Of a DNA stretch of 64,000 bases, positions 34,772 through 46,700 are shown piece by piece. A program made the translations under genes and the position numbers. Below the pieces are notes generated by a model. That model worked only from the letters and a program-made list of their open reading frames with translations. It did not search any database and had not been told where the DNA came from. Where the stretch lies: contig NC_059425.1 of NCBI RefSeq assembly GCF_021028975.2, forward strand, positions 26,350,001 to 26,414,000, in the 5' to 3' direction. Each line of letters begins with the position of its first letter. The first letter of the stretch is position 1. Source of the stretch: Sphaerodactylus townsendi. Taxonomy: Eukaryota.

Positions 34772-35914
34772 TTCTAAACCCTTAACCCCGCAGGCTGTAC
34801 CCCCAAATCTCCAGTAATTTCCCAACCTGGATCAAACCTGGGACTTTCTGCATGAAAAATGGATGCGCTATCCACGACCCACAGCCCTCTTCCTGCCTGT
34901 GCAACACAGACTGCCCTGGGTGTTGTACCTAGGCTAGGGAGCAATTACTGTATGCACTTAGTCCTAGAGAAGTGATGGCTAACTCCATGGCATCGGGTGC
35001 CCAAGAGGAGTGGCACTCTGAGCCCTCTCTGTGGGCACGCAGTAACACAGAAGTTCCCCTACAGCCATGGTGGTGGGGAAGTCGTCCCCCCAACAACATC
35101 TAGGGCTGGCCTGGGCCACTGGAGACTTGGATGTCGCGTGCACCCCAGCTGGCAGGAGGGACTCGGCTGAAGGGTCCCTGGATGCCTGTGCTCCAGCGGT
35201 GAAACTGCTGCCTGGGGTGAGTGGTGGTGGCCCGGCAGAGATGCTAGAGGGCGCAGAGGCCGCAGCGATGTGCTCTGAAGGACTTGCCTGGAGGCTACAG
35301 CTAGGCTGGCCCCCCGCTTGAGGGGATTGAGTTCAGGTTAAATTGCTGCTGTTGGCACTTCTGCAATAAATAGAGTGGGGTTTGGGTTTGCAGTTTTGGG
35401 CACTTTCGGTTGTCAAAAAAAGGTTAAAAGCCATCGCACTGGTTTGGAAAGAAGAAGAGAAGAATTTGGGATTTATAATTCCCCACCTTCCTCTCCTGTA
35501 AGGAGAGACTCAAAGGTGGCTTACAAGCTTCCCTTTCCCCTTCCTCTCCCCACAACAGACACCTTTGTGAAGTGGGTGGGACTGAGAGAGTGCTGAAAAA
35601 CTGTGACTCAGCCCAGGGTCACCCAGCTTAAGAGTATGCCAGGAGTGTGGGAAGCACATCTGATTTACCAGATAAGGCCAGAATCAATCTGCTCTTAACC
35701 ACTACACCACGCCGGTTTAGATAGGAGAGGGACCTTAGCAGGTATAATGCCATAAAGCCCACCCTCCAAAGACAGTCCATTTTTTCTCCAGAGGAACTAA
35801 TCTCTGTTGTCTGGAGATCGAATTGCCTGAATTCCAGGAGGTCCTCCAGGTCCTGAGGAGATCGATGATCCTTAGTTTTTTGTAAAAAGGTTCTTAGGAG
35901 AGGAGTAGATGCCC

Positions 35915-36402
35915 GGCAAAAGCGGTTGTTGTCAGTTTTCCTATGGCTGCATGGCCTGGTTGTCTGGCTGGCTTTGCCCGAATATTTCACCTACACCTGT
36001 GGCTGGCATCCTCTCAGAGGCATCTGGACATGGTCTACCCACATCCCATGCGGAGGGAGGGGAGGTGAAGGAGGAGGGAGTGCCATGCAAGGGAAGGGGA
36101 GGGAGGGGTGGCATGCAAGGACGGGAAGGGGAGGGGCTGCGTCTGGACACGGGTCTCACCCACTCTACCAGGGAGGAGGAGAGAGGAGTGGCATGCAAGT
36201 GAACGGGAGGGAATGAGGGGAGTGAGTGAGGGGTGGCATGCAAGGGAGGGGGGGGGGGAAGTGGGAGCGCAAAGCGCTAGGAGCAAAGCGTTAGGAGGCA
36301 AAAAACTCCTAACGCGTTAGGAGCAAAAAACTAGTTGAAAGCGTTAGGAGCAAAACTAAAGCAGACCACGGCCATGCAACCCAGAAGAAAAACCACAACG
36401 AC
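35915..36402. mobile_element. Degraded inverted PLE pLTR pair enclosing a purine-rich low-complexity insert
   Basis: Left arm ..TGTGGCTGGCATCCTCTCAGAGG; right arm CGTTAGGAGCAAAA..CAGACCACGGCCATGCAACCCAGAA. Confidence 0.55.
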
Positions 36403-38238
36403 CTCAGCTAATCTCCATCCTCATAGAAAACCATAGCCAGCCAAAGGAAACCTTTCGCGATTTTTTAGCTGCTGCTGAAGTCAGAGCAGAGAAGAGATAA
36501 AAGCTAGAAAGGAACCAGCATAGAATTTTCCTCAATGGATGCATTCATTAGAAGCCACTGGGCCTGAACCATTGTCTGGTGAGTTTCTGTGATCAGGATG
36601 TGGCGCTCAAAGGAGAGCAAGTAGAGAGAATTGGAATTGGGGAGCTAGCATTCAATTCCTCTGGCCATATTATGGCTCAGCTGACCCTAAGAACGCTGCA
36701 GTAATGGTGACCTTCCCGAGGGAGATGGAGGACGAGGCGGTAGGGATAGAAATTTAAAGTAAATAAATAAATAAAATAACAAATACGTACAGCTTGATGT
36801 TAGTATGGTCCAGAATCCTTGACTAGCTACTGATTTGGGAGACCCAGAGCACTAATCCCACCCCCTCTGCCAGGAAGAAGAATTTTGCTGGGTGACCCCC
36901 TCCCATCCCAGGGTTGTGTACGTTCGTAGGGATGGGAAATGCTAAGGAGGGAAGAACCCTGTTAGTAAGTCGTTTTGGGAAGGGAAGTTGTGTATAAATA
37001 GCTATATGAATAAAACATTCAGTAGTTGTTTGAGGTCCGAGGGGGGTATTTGGAGGCTTTTGCTTTTAAGGAAATCTTTTGACAGGTTTCTGTGGCTTAT
37101 ACTGGCTAATCAGACATCAGATCATCAGAGTCGGTATCATTTACAGACAGGTAGCAGCAGTTCAGAGGGGGTTTTTTTACATCACCTACTGCCTGGTCCT
37201 TTTAACTGGCATGGAGATATCAGGACTTGAACTTGGGTCCTTCCACATGTCAAACAGAGAGGTCTTCTACTGGAGCCACAGCGCCTTCCCTTCTCCGGTG
37301 AGCCACAGATTGTTCTCTACTTCCTAATCTTCCTCCCTGCACCCTCCCTCTTCAATCTACTGCCGCAAGTCCAAGCTCCATTCATATAGCCCTAGCAACA
37401 GGCATCTGGTATCCTGAGGAGCATCACTGGTTGCTATGGAAATGATGGGTACCAGAGAGTGAATTAGAGAGAGGCCATTGGGTGAAGCAAGGAAAAGGAG
37501 TTTGGATTGTCACAGAATTTCAGGAGAGCATCCCAACAGGTATCCCAAGATGCTTGATTTCTCATGTGAGAAGGTAAGGGAGCCTGCCAAACCTTCTAAG
37601 GAAAGGAAGTGATAAATGGGTTTCAGACCTTTAATAAAATACAGCTCAATCCTGACACCTGCTGGATATTCTGTGCTAATTTACTCAGTTACTCTGGTGA
37701 AGGATATCTGGATGCTATAATAATCACTGGAAGAAGTGGTACCGTAGCTAATAATAATGTGGACAGGTAGCTTGCCTAAAGCTTCCTGTTGAGTCTGTAG
37801 CAGCAAGAGTGGGATTTTACTCAGCCCCAAATCCAAGGTTTAGTAATTCACAGCTGTAGAGAAAACTGTGAGTCAATAGGGAGCCAAATACGGTTCTTTT
37901 AGAAAAAGAAGAAAATGAAATCTGTACATTATGATATATTTAAAAAGTGAGGTGGGAGAATAACCAGCATGTGAAAAGAATGGCAGCCAAAGACTGTTTT
38001 AAATAGAGCTAAGGAGCTTCTTATAGATGCTTTGCAGAAAAGGTAATGGTGGGGTGATCTGTTGCCAGGAATCCATGTGTGTGCAAATTCTGCCAGTGTA
38101 CGAAAACAATTGTCCAGGGTGCTCCTAAATATTTATCTCTTATACCTCTCCTGTGCCTTTTCCTAATACATGATTCACAGCCACCAGCATCTGGGCTGCA
38201 GAAACGTTGTCAGTAATGTTAAACTGTATAATTTAATG

Positions 38239-38430
38239 TATTGTCGAAGGCTTCACTGGCTGTTGTTAGTTTTTCTGGGCTGAGTGGGTTTTCCAGGTTA
38301 ATTTATTGTGGCGTGGCTATTGAGGGTTTTATGGTTAAAGTCATGTGTGGTCTGGTACTTTTAGCTCCCAATGTTTTGCCTGCAGATGCCAGACCACGGC
38401 CACACGGCTCAGAAAATCCACAATAGCCAG
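38239..38430. mobile_element. Degraded inverted PLE pLTR pair
   Basis: Starts TATTGTCGAAGGCTT like the 3.6-kb copy; ends CCAGACCACGGCCACACGGCTCAGAAAATCCAC. Confidence 0.6.
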
Positions 38431-38724
38431 TATACACTTTTAAATTATGCAAATGAACTTTCTTATACTGGCTGTTAACCTCTTGCTTTAAATTCTGATG
38501 TAGTTTGACTTTTTAATTAAACAGTGTTGTTGATTTCTGCCCCCACAGTGTAAGGTCTTAAGTGCAAGAGAGATTTTCCTAAGAACAGGCAAGATAGGTT
38601 GAGAAATCCTCACATCAAATCTGCCCCCACAATTATGAATTCATCCTACACAAGTCACTGTTTTCAGAGCACTGCACAGGGCAGAGAATGGACACAGAGA
38701 ACTTTTTTTCCCTCTCCCCAAATA

Positions 38725-39070
38725 CTTGAACTCAAGGACATCTAATGAAGTTGATGGTCACTAGGATTCAGGATGGATAAAAAGAAATATTGCTTTACAC
38801 GACGAGTAATTAAAATGTAGAATTTGCTGTCAGAGGATGTCATGGCCACAGGTATAGATAGCATGAAAATGGAACTAGACCAGAGGTGTTCAACTCTGGC
38901 GCTTCAGATGTTCATGCACTACAATTCCCATCAGCCAATTGGCCATGCCAGCAGGGGCTGATGGGAATTGCGGTGTGAATCCATGAACATCTGAAGCATG
39001 CATTACACCCCTGGACTAGATGGATTCATGGAGGAGAGGTTTATCAGTGGACGCTAGCTATGGTGACCAA
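38725..39070 (+). mobile_element. CR1 3' fragment with a hAT MITE (38881-39013) nested in it
   Basis: Similar to the CR1 at 4530-4730 on both sides of the MITE; imperfect 8-bp TSD AACTAGAC/GACTAGAT. Confidence 0.7.
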
Positions 39071-40665
39071 AGGAAACCTCTGTATGCAGAAGCAGTCACT
39101 GAAGCCCAATCTTCCCTTTCCACCTTGATTGACAGTAGCGTCATGAGGCTTGGTCAGAAACAGCACAGTAGGAGATGAAATATGGAATGGGCAATGGGAT
39201 AAAATGTTTGCCTGCAGCAGTGGCTTAATGGTTAAGAGCAGGTGCACTCTAATCTGGAGAACCAGGTTTAATTCCCTGCTCTGTCACTTGAGCTGTGGAG
39301 GCCTATCTGGGAACTAGATTAGCCTGTGCACTCCAACACACGCCAGCTGGGTGACCTTGGGCTAGTAGTCACAGTGGTTTGGAACTCTCCCAGCCTCACC
39401 TACCCCACAGGGTGTTTGTTGGGGAGGGTAGAAGGGAAAGGAGATTGTAAGCCCCTTTGAGTCTCCTTACAGGACAGAAAGGGGTGGAGTATAAATCCAA
39501 ACTCTTCTTCTTCTGTGCAAGATAGCTTGGAAATGAAGGGCCAATTAACCCAAACTGAGTGCAATATGGGAAGCTCCACTGAAGGTGCAGCGTAAGCAAA
39601 GTTCCATTCCTTCCCTAAGGAACTTGGGGACAAGATCAGAGTCCAAACTAGCCATTTCTCCTTTGCAGGTAGGAGTCCCTGTGGCAGGTATGTTCCGTTT
39701 ATACTTGACAGCATCCCTGATTAGGAGCCATGGTTGTTGGACCTAAAGATTTGAAGGCACTCCTCCTCCTGCTGGTCCCACGGCTGCCTAGAAATATCAC
39801 GACGAGTCCAATGCCTTCTTGCTTGTGGCAGCCTGTATGACTATTCCCACCTTGTGGGCCTCTGATGAAGTGTGCCAGGTTTCAACCAACTCTGGCCAAT
39901 TCCTACTGCGTGTAGTGCACAGCGTGGTGTGGTGGTTAAGAGTGGTGGACTCTAATCTGGAGAACCGGGGTTGATTCCCTGCTCTTCCACATTAAGCCTG
40001 CTGGGTGACCTTGGGCGATCTTACAATTCTCTCAGTCCCACCAACCTCACAAGGTGCCTGTTTTGGAGAGCGGAACAGAAGGAGTTTGTAAGCTGTTTTG
40101 AGACTCCCTGACAGGAGAGAAAAGTGGGGTATAAATCCAAACTTCTTCTTCTGCCCATCGGGCCAGCTTTTGTCCCATTCTGCTGATCCTTATTGCTCGT
40201 TATTCTTCTTGTGTAAGCTGGATCCAGAGCTGCTTTTGGTGAGAAACGGGAAAGCAGCTGCCTTCTATAACTATCTTTCTGGCTGTTTATAGTGAGATAT
40301 AAACTTGTTCCTATTGTCTCAGTCTCTGACTAATAACCACCAAGGATCAGAGAAAGGCACATCCTGATCCCTACCTCTGCACATAAAGACAACGGGACAC
40401 CCAAGAAATTCATGAGCTTTTAATGAAAGGGACAGCCAGTCAGTACATCGAGACTTACGATCTTGGGCAGGCCCTGCCAAGAGCTTGGCTTCCCAGGGCC
40501 AATGCCTTTCTTCTTCCCTCATCACGTCTGTGAGAAACCACTTATCTGGTCATCAAGAAGTCCTTCATTTTTGGTACCCATGAAATAGGAACAAACCGGT
40601 CTTGGCAACCCTGCCCCCATCAAGTTGTCCATGATTTTTGACTCTCAGAAAGCAAGCGTAGGGAC

Positions 40666-40771
40666 TCATTTCTTTTTCCCCGCAGCCAGCTCTGCCTCTC
40701 TTTCTGCGGCCTCTGCTGCCAACCTCTCTTCGCGCTCCTTCAGGAAGACGCCGTATTCTTCTGCACTGAGC
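40666..40771 (-). CDS. MRPL11: MRPL11 coding exon 5
   Basis: 106 nt to TGA; TAG acceptor; possible ATTAAA polyA signal at 40419-40424. Confidence 0.93.
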
Positions 40772-43700
40772 CTACGAGGGAAGGTGAGAACAGAACAGAT
40801 TATTAAGCGTGGTGCTTCCCTGTAATAACAGGCCCACCCACCCACCCTTTCGAACCGGCCTGACAAAGGGTCTGCTCCTGTCTCTCTGCCCAGAATACTC
40901 TCGGCACCTTTCTCTGCCAGTTGGCAGCAGCTGCAGGTGGCTTCTCTATTTTTATTTATTTATTTATTTATTTTTTAATCTTATATACCGCCCAACCCCC
41001 GAAGGGCTCTGGGCGGTGAACAACAGTAAATTACATATAGGTTTTAAAAAGCAGCAGTTAAAAGCAGCAGATAATAACAACAATGCCCGCAATAGTACCA
41101 ATTAAATGCTCCCAGAAGGGGAGGAAAAAAGTGGGGCCCATAGGTGGTAATGGCTCGAAAAGCAGGAGGGTGGAGGGGGCGCTCATCAGCGGCTGGACAC
41201 TCCAAAAGCCCGGTGAACCAACTCAGTTTTGCAGGCCCTGGCGGAACTCACCAAGATCCCGGCGAGGGGTCGGACAGCTGGAGGAAGAGTGTTCCACGAG
41301 GCAGGGGCCAGGGCTGCAAAAGTCCTGGCCCGCAGGGAGGCTGCCAGCCGCGTCATTGAGGGGCCAGGGACTAATAGTAGATTGGCTCTGCTGAACGTGC
41401 AGAGGCCTAGTAGGGGACATATAAGGGGTAATGCGGTCGAAGGTATGAGGGTCCCAGGTCAGCAGAAGGCCTTAAAGGTAAGTACCCATACCTTGAAGAT
41501 GATCCGAATTCAACCGGGAGCCAATGCAGGCTTACGCGAATATTGGTTGAATATGGTCACGAGGTTTCGCGTGAGCAAGCGGTCACGCGATTTTGGACCA
41601 GTTGTAATCTCGGATCAGCCGCAAGGGTAGGCCTGGCGAGCGAAGCGAGTTACAATAGTCCAACCTGGAGGTGACCGTTGCATGGATCACCGTGGCCAGG
41701 TCCGTGTGGGAGAGGAAGGGAACCAGCCACCGGGCCTGTCGAAGATGGAAAACGAACCCGGTTATATGGGCCACCTGGGTCTCCATTGAAAGAGATTTAA
41801 TTCAGGTGGACCCCCCAGGCTGGCGGACTCGAGGGGCCGGGCGCCAATAAGGCCCCTCCCACACCGGGCGGCTGGAAATTTCCACCCTCCCCACGCCAAG
41901 CTTTCAGAGGATCTCCGTCTTCGATGGATTAAGTTTTAACCTGCTCTGTTGCAACCAACCAGCAACCGCCTCCAAACAGTGCTGGAGAGCTGCAGGGGCG
42001 ATGACCGCCTCTCCATCAACAGAATGAGCTGAGTGTCATCAGCTTACTGGATGACAGATCAGCCCAAAACTCCGCACTCAGCTGAGCAAAGGGGTCGCAT
42101 GTAGATATTAAATAACAGCGGGGACAATAGCGCTCCCTGAGGTACCCCACAATGAAGTGGGCACCGTCGGGAGGCCTGGTCCCCACACCACACTTGCTGA
42201 CTCCGATCCCGGAGGAACGAGGCAATCCATTGAAGGACAGTACCCTGCACTCAGGGAAGCTTGCTGGCGGTGGGTCAATAGGTCATGGTCGACCATATCA
42301 AACGCTGCGGTCAGATCTAACAATACCAACAGATCTAACAATACCAATAACAATACCAATTTATTTTGGTTTTCATCTTCCCTTAAAACAGCACAGAAAC
42401 ACAAGGACCCCCAGCCCCTTTGAACACATTGATCATGACACCCCCCCCCCCAAGAAGTCAAAGAAAGAAAGGCTACCTGTCCTCTGACTTTCTGATCCCC
42501 CCCTCAAGACATCCTAGAGATACTCACTCTTTCACCACCTTGATGCCCAACGATCGGGCAGTTCCTAGAAGGGATTTGATGACTTCCTCGAGCGTCGAGT
42601 CATTCAATACAAAAGAGGGGTCCTGAGACTTCACCAAGGCGATTTCATACAGGTGCTTCAGAGTCACCATCCCAGCTACTTCGTGCCCTGCAAAGCACAA
42701 AGATAATGCTAAACCAAGCTGGCAACCTGGTGGTGGAATCTCTCCCATGATGCAAATCTGTCTAGCCCAGGGGTCTGCAACCTGTGGCTCTCCAGATGTT
42801 CATGGACTACAAATCCCATGGACTACAAATCCCAAGTGGCCATGCTGGCAGGGGCTGAAGAAAATTGTAGTCCATGAACATCTGGAGAGCCGCAGGTTGC
42901 AGACCCCTGGTCTAGCCCCTGATAGTCCCATCAAATTTAAATCAAAATTTAGAAAGTCCGGCCCATGGTGTCGCTTGTGAGAAGGCGTTCTCCCCCATTC
43001 ACCACAAAGTGAGTGGGGGTGTGTGTGTGTGTGAGTGAGTGAGAGAGAACAAGAGATTTCACACAGTAGAATTACACTCTTGAGTCCTGGGGTTTCCAAA
43101 CTTGTATCCAACAGTGAGTGCTCAATAACTTTGAATTCTTTACTGAAGCTTCAGTAGTGTCATTTGCAGAGCAGGCTGACTGCACACTGCAAAATGCATT
43201 TCCAGCCCCTGCCACATCATTTGGAAAACAGAAAATTAGCGATGCCCAACAGGTATCTCCTATAATGGCAGTAAAACCACACCAAGCCCTCATTCACGTA
43301 GTACCCCGCAGCTTAATCTACCCTTTGCCTTTGTCCCCAGTCAGTTGTCATTTTTGCCTATTCTGGGCAGTTAAATATTCAACCACTGCAGCTCTGCACA
43401 ACGTCATCCAGATCAGTTTCTGGAATGCCTCAAACTCAAGTGCTCACAGTTGAATTGCATGATATTCCAATCAAGCCCAAACCCACTGTGTATAGGCAAG
43501 AGAGATTTTAAAATCAGATGTTTATTATTTATTTTTATTTATCTTATTCATTTATGTCCTGCCTTTCCCCCCAGTTTATATCATTCTCGTCTCCTTCATT
43601 TTCTCCTCACGACAACCCTGTGATGTAGGTTAGGCTGAGAGAAAGTGACTGGCCCAAGGTGAGCTTCAACGGTTTGGGTAGCATTTGAACCCAGGCCTTC

Positions 43701-46700
43701 TAGATACTAATCTGATACTCTTAATTACTGCACCACGCTAAGAGATTCCAAAGGCCCTCCTAAAAAGGTTCTGGCTTGTGAGCCCTTCAAAATGGTAACA
43801 AAGATGGTCTTAATTCATCTGGGATGCTGGCCTCTAGGGCTACAGCTGCTACCAAAACCACCCCTGAGTGAGCAGCAGCAGAGTGAACGTTTGCCGGGGT
43901 CGGCACAACCAATAAATGCAGAGAATAGCTGCTGCACAGACTCTCATTACATCTACCTTTCTGAACAGCATAATATCCATCTTACTTGGATTCAGTTTCA
44001 GCCCAACAAATGGCCTTGCAGAAACAATCGTTTTAGACCAAAATTATACCTTTTATGCTGGCTGTCTGGCCTGGATGGCCCAGGCCGGCCTCATCTCGTC
44101 AGATCTCAGAAACCAAGCATTGCTGGCCCTGGCTGGTACTTGGGTGGGAGACCACCAAGGAAGTCTAAGGTGGCCATAGAGAGGTAGGCAATAGCAAGCC
44201 ACCTCTTCTCATCTCCCAAGGGCTGTTTCCGCATGGGCCCCAGGGATGGCAAAAACGCCCAAGCAGCGCGGAAATGCCACTTTTGAACCTCGCTCCATGA
44301 GTGAGGTTTTTCAAAAGTGGCACCTTCCAGCCGCTGCCGTGCGAACAGCAGAGGCTGGAAGGTGGCGTTTCCCTCCCGTCTTCCCCAGCCGGCTTACCTT
44401 CTCCTGCTGGCTTCCATCATATTGTGAAGGCCAGGGGACATGCCTCCGTCTCCAGAGCCGTCGCTCTGGCCAGGGGGGCGTGTCCCCTGGCCTCCACAAT
44501 GTGATGGAAGTCAGCAGGAGCAGGTAAGCCGGTTGGGGAAGGCGCAGCCTGTGCGAAGGCTGCACCTTCCCCTGCACCCCTACCGGGACTGTCTGTGCGA
44601 ACTGTCCCAATGGGAGAGGGTGCATCGGCATAATTTATGCCGATGCACCCCTGCTCAGCACCCATGTGGAAAGGGCCAAGGACTCCAAATGGAGTCAGCA
44701 AAACAGTATTTTGATCCCAAAACCTTACTCGTGCTGATTTCGCCTCCGCTCTTACAAGGCACCAAATAGCAAAAGATCTTCTTTGCTACAATGACTTGTG
44801 CCACAATGAAGGGTTGAGAAAACACTCTCAGTTCCCAATGATGAAATGTGTTGGTGCCCAGGCCACCTAGCAGCTGAGACTGTTCCAGATCTTCCACCCA
44901 CACTGTTTCCCCTCCTCATCCCCAGGCACTTTGCTGTCCCATCCTAGGATTCCCATCTCTTACCAGGGTTTGTTGCACCTTTTTCGACCCCAGCTGCTGA
45001 CAGCAGAAAATAGGTGGCCGTGGGCTTGTTAATCTGGATCTCGTATGTTCTGTTGGACTGCAGAAAAAAAAATCCCCCAGGAAACGGTGAGGGAAAGAAA
45101 AAGAAGAGTCAGTGGTGCCCCAAAGATCTCTGGCAAAGGTACAAGGACAGTGTGTTGGCGTCACAGCAAAGGTGTAGCTCCAAGGGAGAAGGGGGGGTGC
45201 ATGATGCACTGGGTGCACACCCCTGTGAGGGCGTGGCAAGGGCGTTCCGGGGGCGGGACAGGGGTGGGTGGAAGCATGGCAGGGGCGGAGGATGCACCAG
45301 TGCACCGGGTGCTTTCCCCCCTTGCTACGCCTCTGCGTCACAGTGCATGCTACTGTGTGTGCACATGTGCATGCTGGAGTGACAGAAGAGCATTTCCACC
45401 AAAGTAGTGTTATTTAGATGAGATGGCTGGGTGTTTTCCCTTGGAAAAGAGCATACTGTCTTTAATCCCAAATAGTGGCAAACACTGAACATAGATTAAG
45501 TCATGTAACAAAGTACTATTCCTCCTTGATTGTAGTGGGGATACCAGGAAATCAAGCATGTAAAGCCAAAGTCCTTCCAATATTAGGGTTAATCAACGCA
45601 ACACCATGAATTTTAAAAGCCATCCAAACGGAATCTTCCTTAGTGGTGATAATTCCAGATGGGGCAGCCATTTTAGTCTGCAGCATGAAAATGCAACAAA
45701 GGCAGATTAAAGACTAACAACAGCTTCTTCCAGCATAAGCTTTTGAGAGCCAAGGAGCTCCCCAGAGATTTGTCTTCAGACAAGTGTTTAACTTGTTCAC
45801 TTCATTGGATGTATTGTAGTGTTTATCCATCAGATGATGAAGAAGAATTGGGATTTAAACCCTGCTTTTCTTAACCATAAGGAGACTCAAAGGGGCTCAC
45901 AAACTCCATCCCTTCCTCTCCCCACAGCAAACACCTTGTGAGGTAGGTGGGGCTGAGAGAATTGTAAGGTCACCCGGCAGGCTTCATGTGTGGATGGATG
46001 GATATTCCGCCCTTTTTCTGTCATGGATATAAAAACACGATACAACTGATACACTTTCTCATATTCTGCTTCATTGTTCAAAGTACAACAACATCAGAAC
46101 CTATTTGAGAACTGTGTTACCAACAGGATTTATGCTCCTTTCTGATAAAATAAAAATGGCTAAGCTTCTAAATATCTCTAGTGTTGAAATCTCTGAAGCT
46201 GTTGCTATGTTTTTGCTCTGTGTACTGCAACTTGAGCAATAATGATCTTTTTATTGTATTTGAAATTCTTGGCACTGGTTTTATGCCTAATAAAGGTTTT
46301 GGATTTGGATTTGGATATAAAAACATAATTCAATGGATATACACTCCAATGCATTTGATGAACTGAGTTCTAACTAATGAAGTCTCAGGCTGGAGTACGA
46401 TTTTGTTATCTTTATGATCTTTGTTATCTTTTATTCTTCCCACTGTTGCCCCACTGGAAAGAACAAAAAGACCGTCTCTTGGGTGTTCTTGAAAGAAGCC
46501 CATAGAAAAGCTTGTCATGCTCTGTGCCGAGGAAAGATGTGTGAGACCAGTGTGCAGATTCAGGTATAAAGCAAAAGCAACTGTGCTCTACAGTCGGAGC
46601 TGAGCCAGGGTCCTCAATGTCAGCTTTATAGTTTAGTTTTAGCAGAGGCCTTTCTTGAAAATACATCTCAGGAGCCATTACAGGCCGAACCTGAAGCCTT

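Noticed and set aside
44062-44170. 5S rRNA gene
   Set aside because: Diverged, partial and fused to a SINE body; single copy rather than an array
44300-44620. Duplicated MRPL11 exon suggested by CTTACC/GGTAAG splice-like motifs
   Set aside because: These are the two arms of a palindromic MITE; the true exon 3 is at 44964-45057
45655-45790. Hammerhead in a second PLE-like tail (minus strand CTGAAGA..GAGC..GCTCTC-AAAAGCTTA)
   Set aside because: The GAAA box is mutated and an insertion breaks the core; at most a decayed relic
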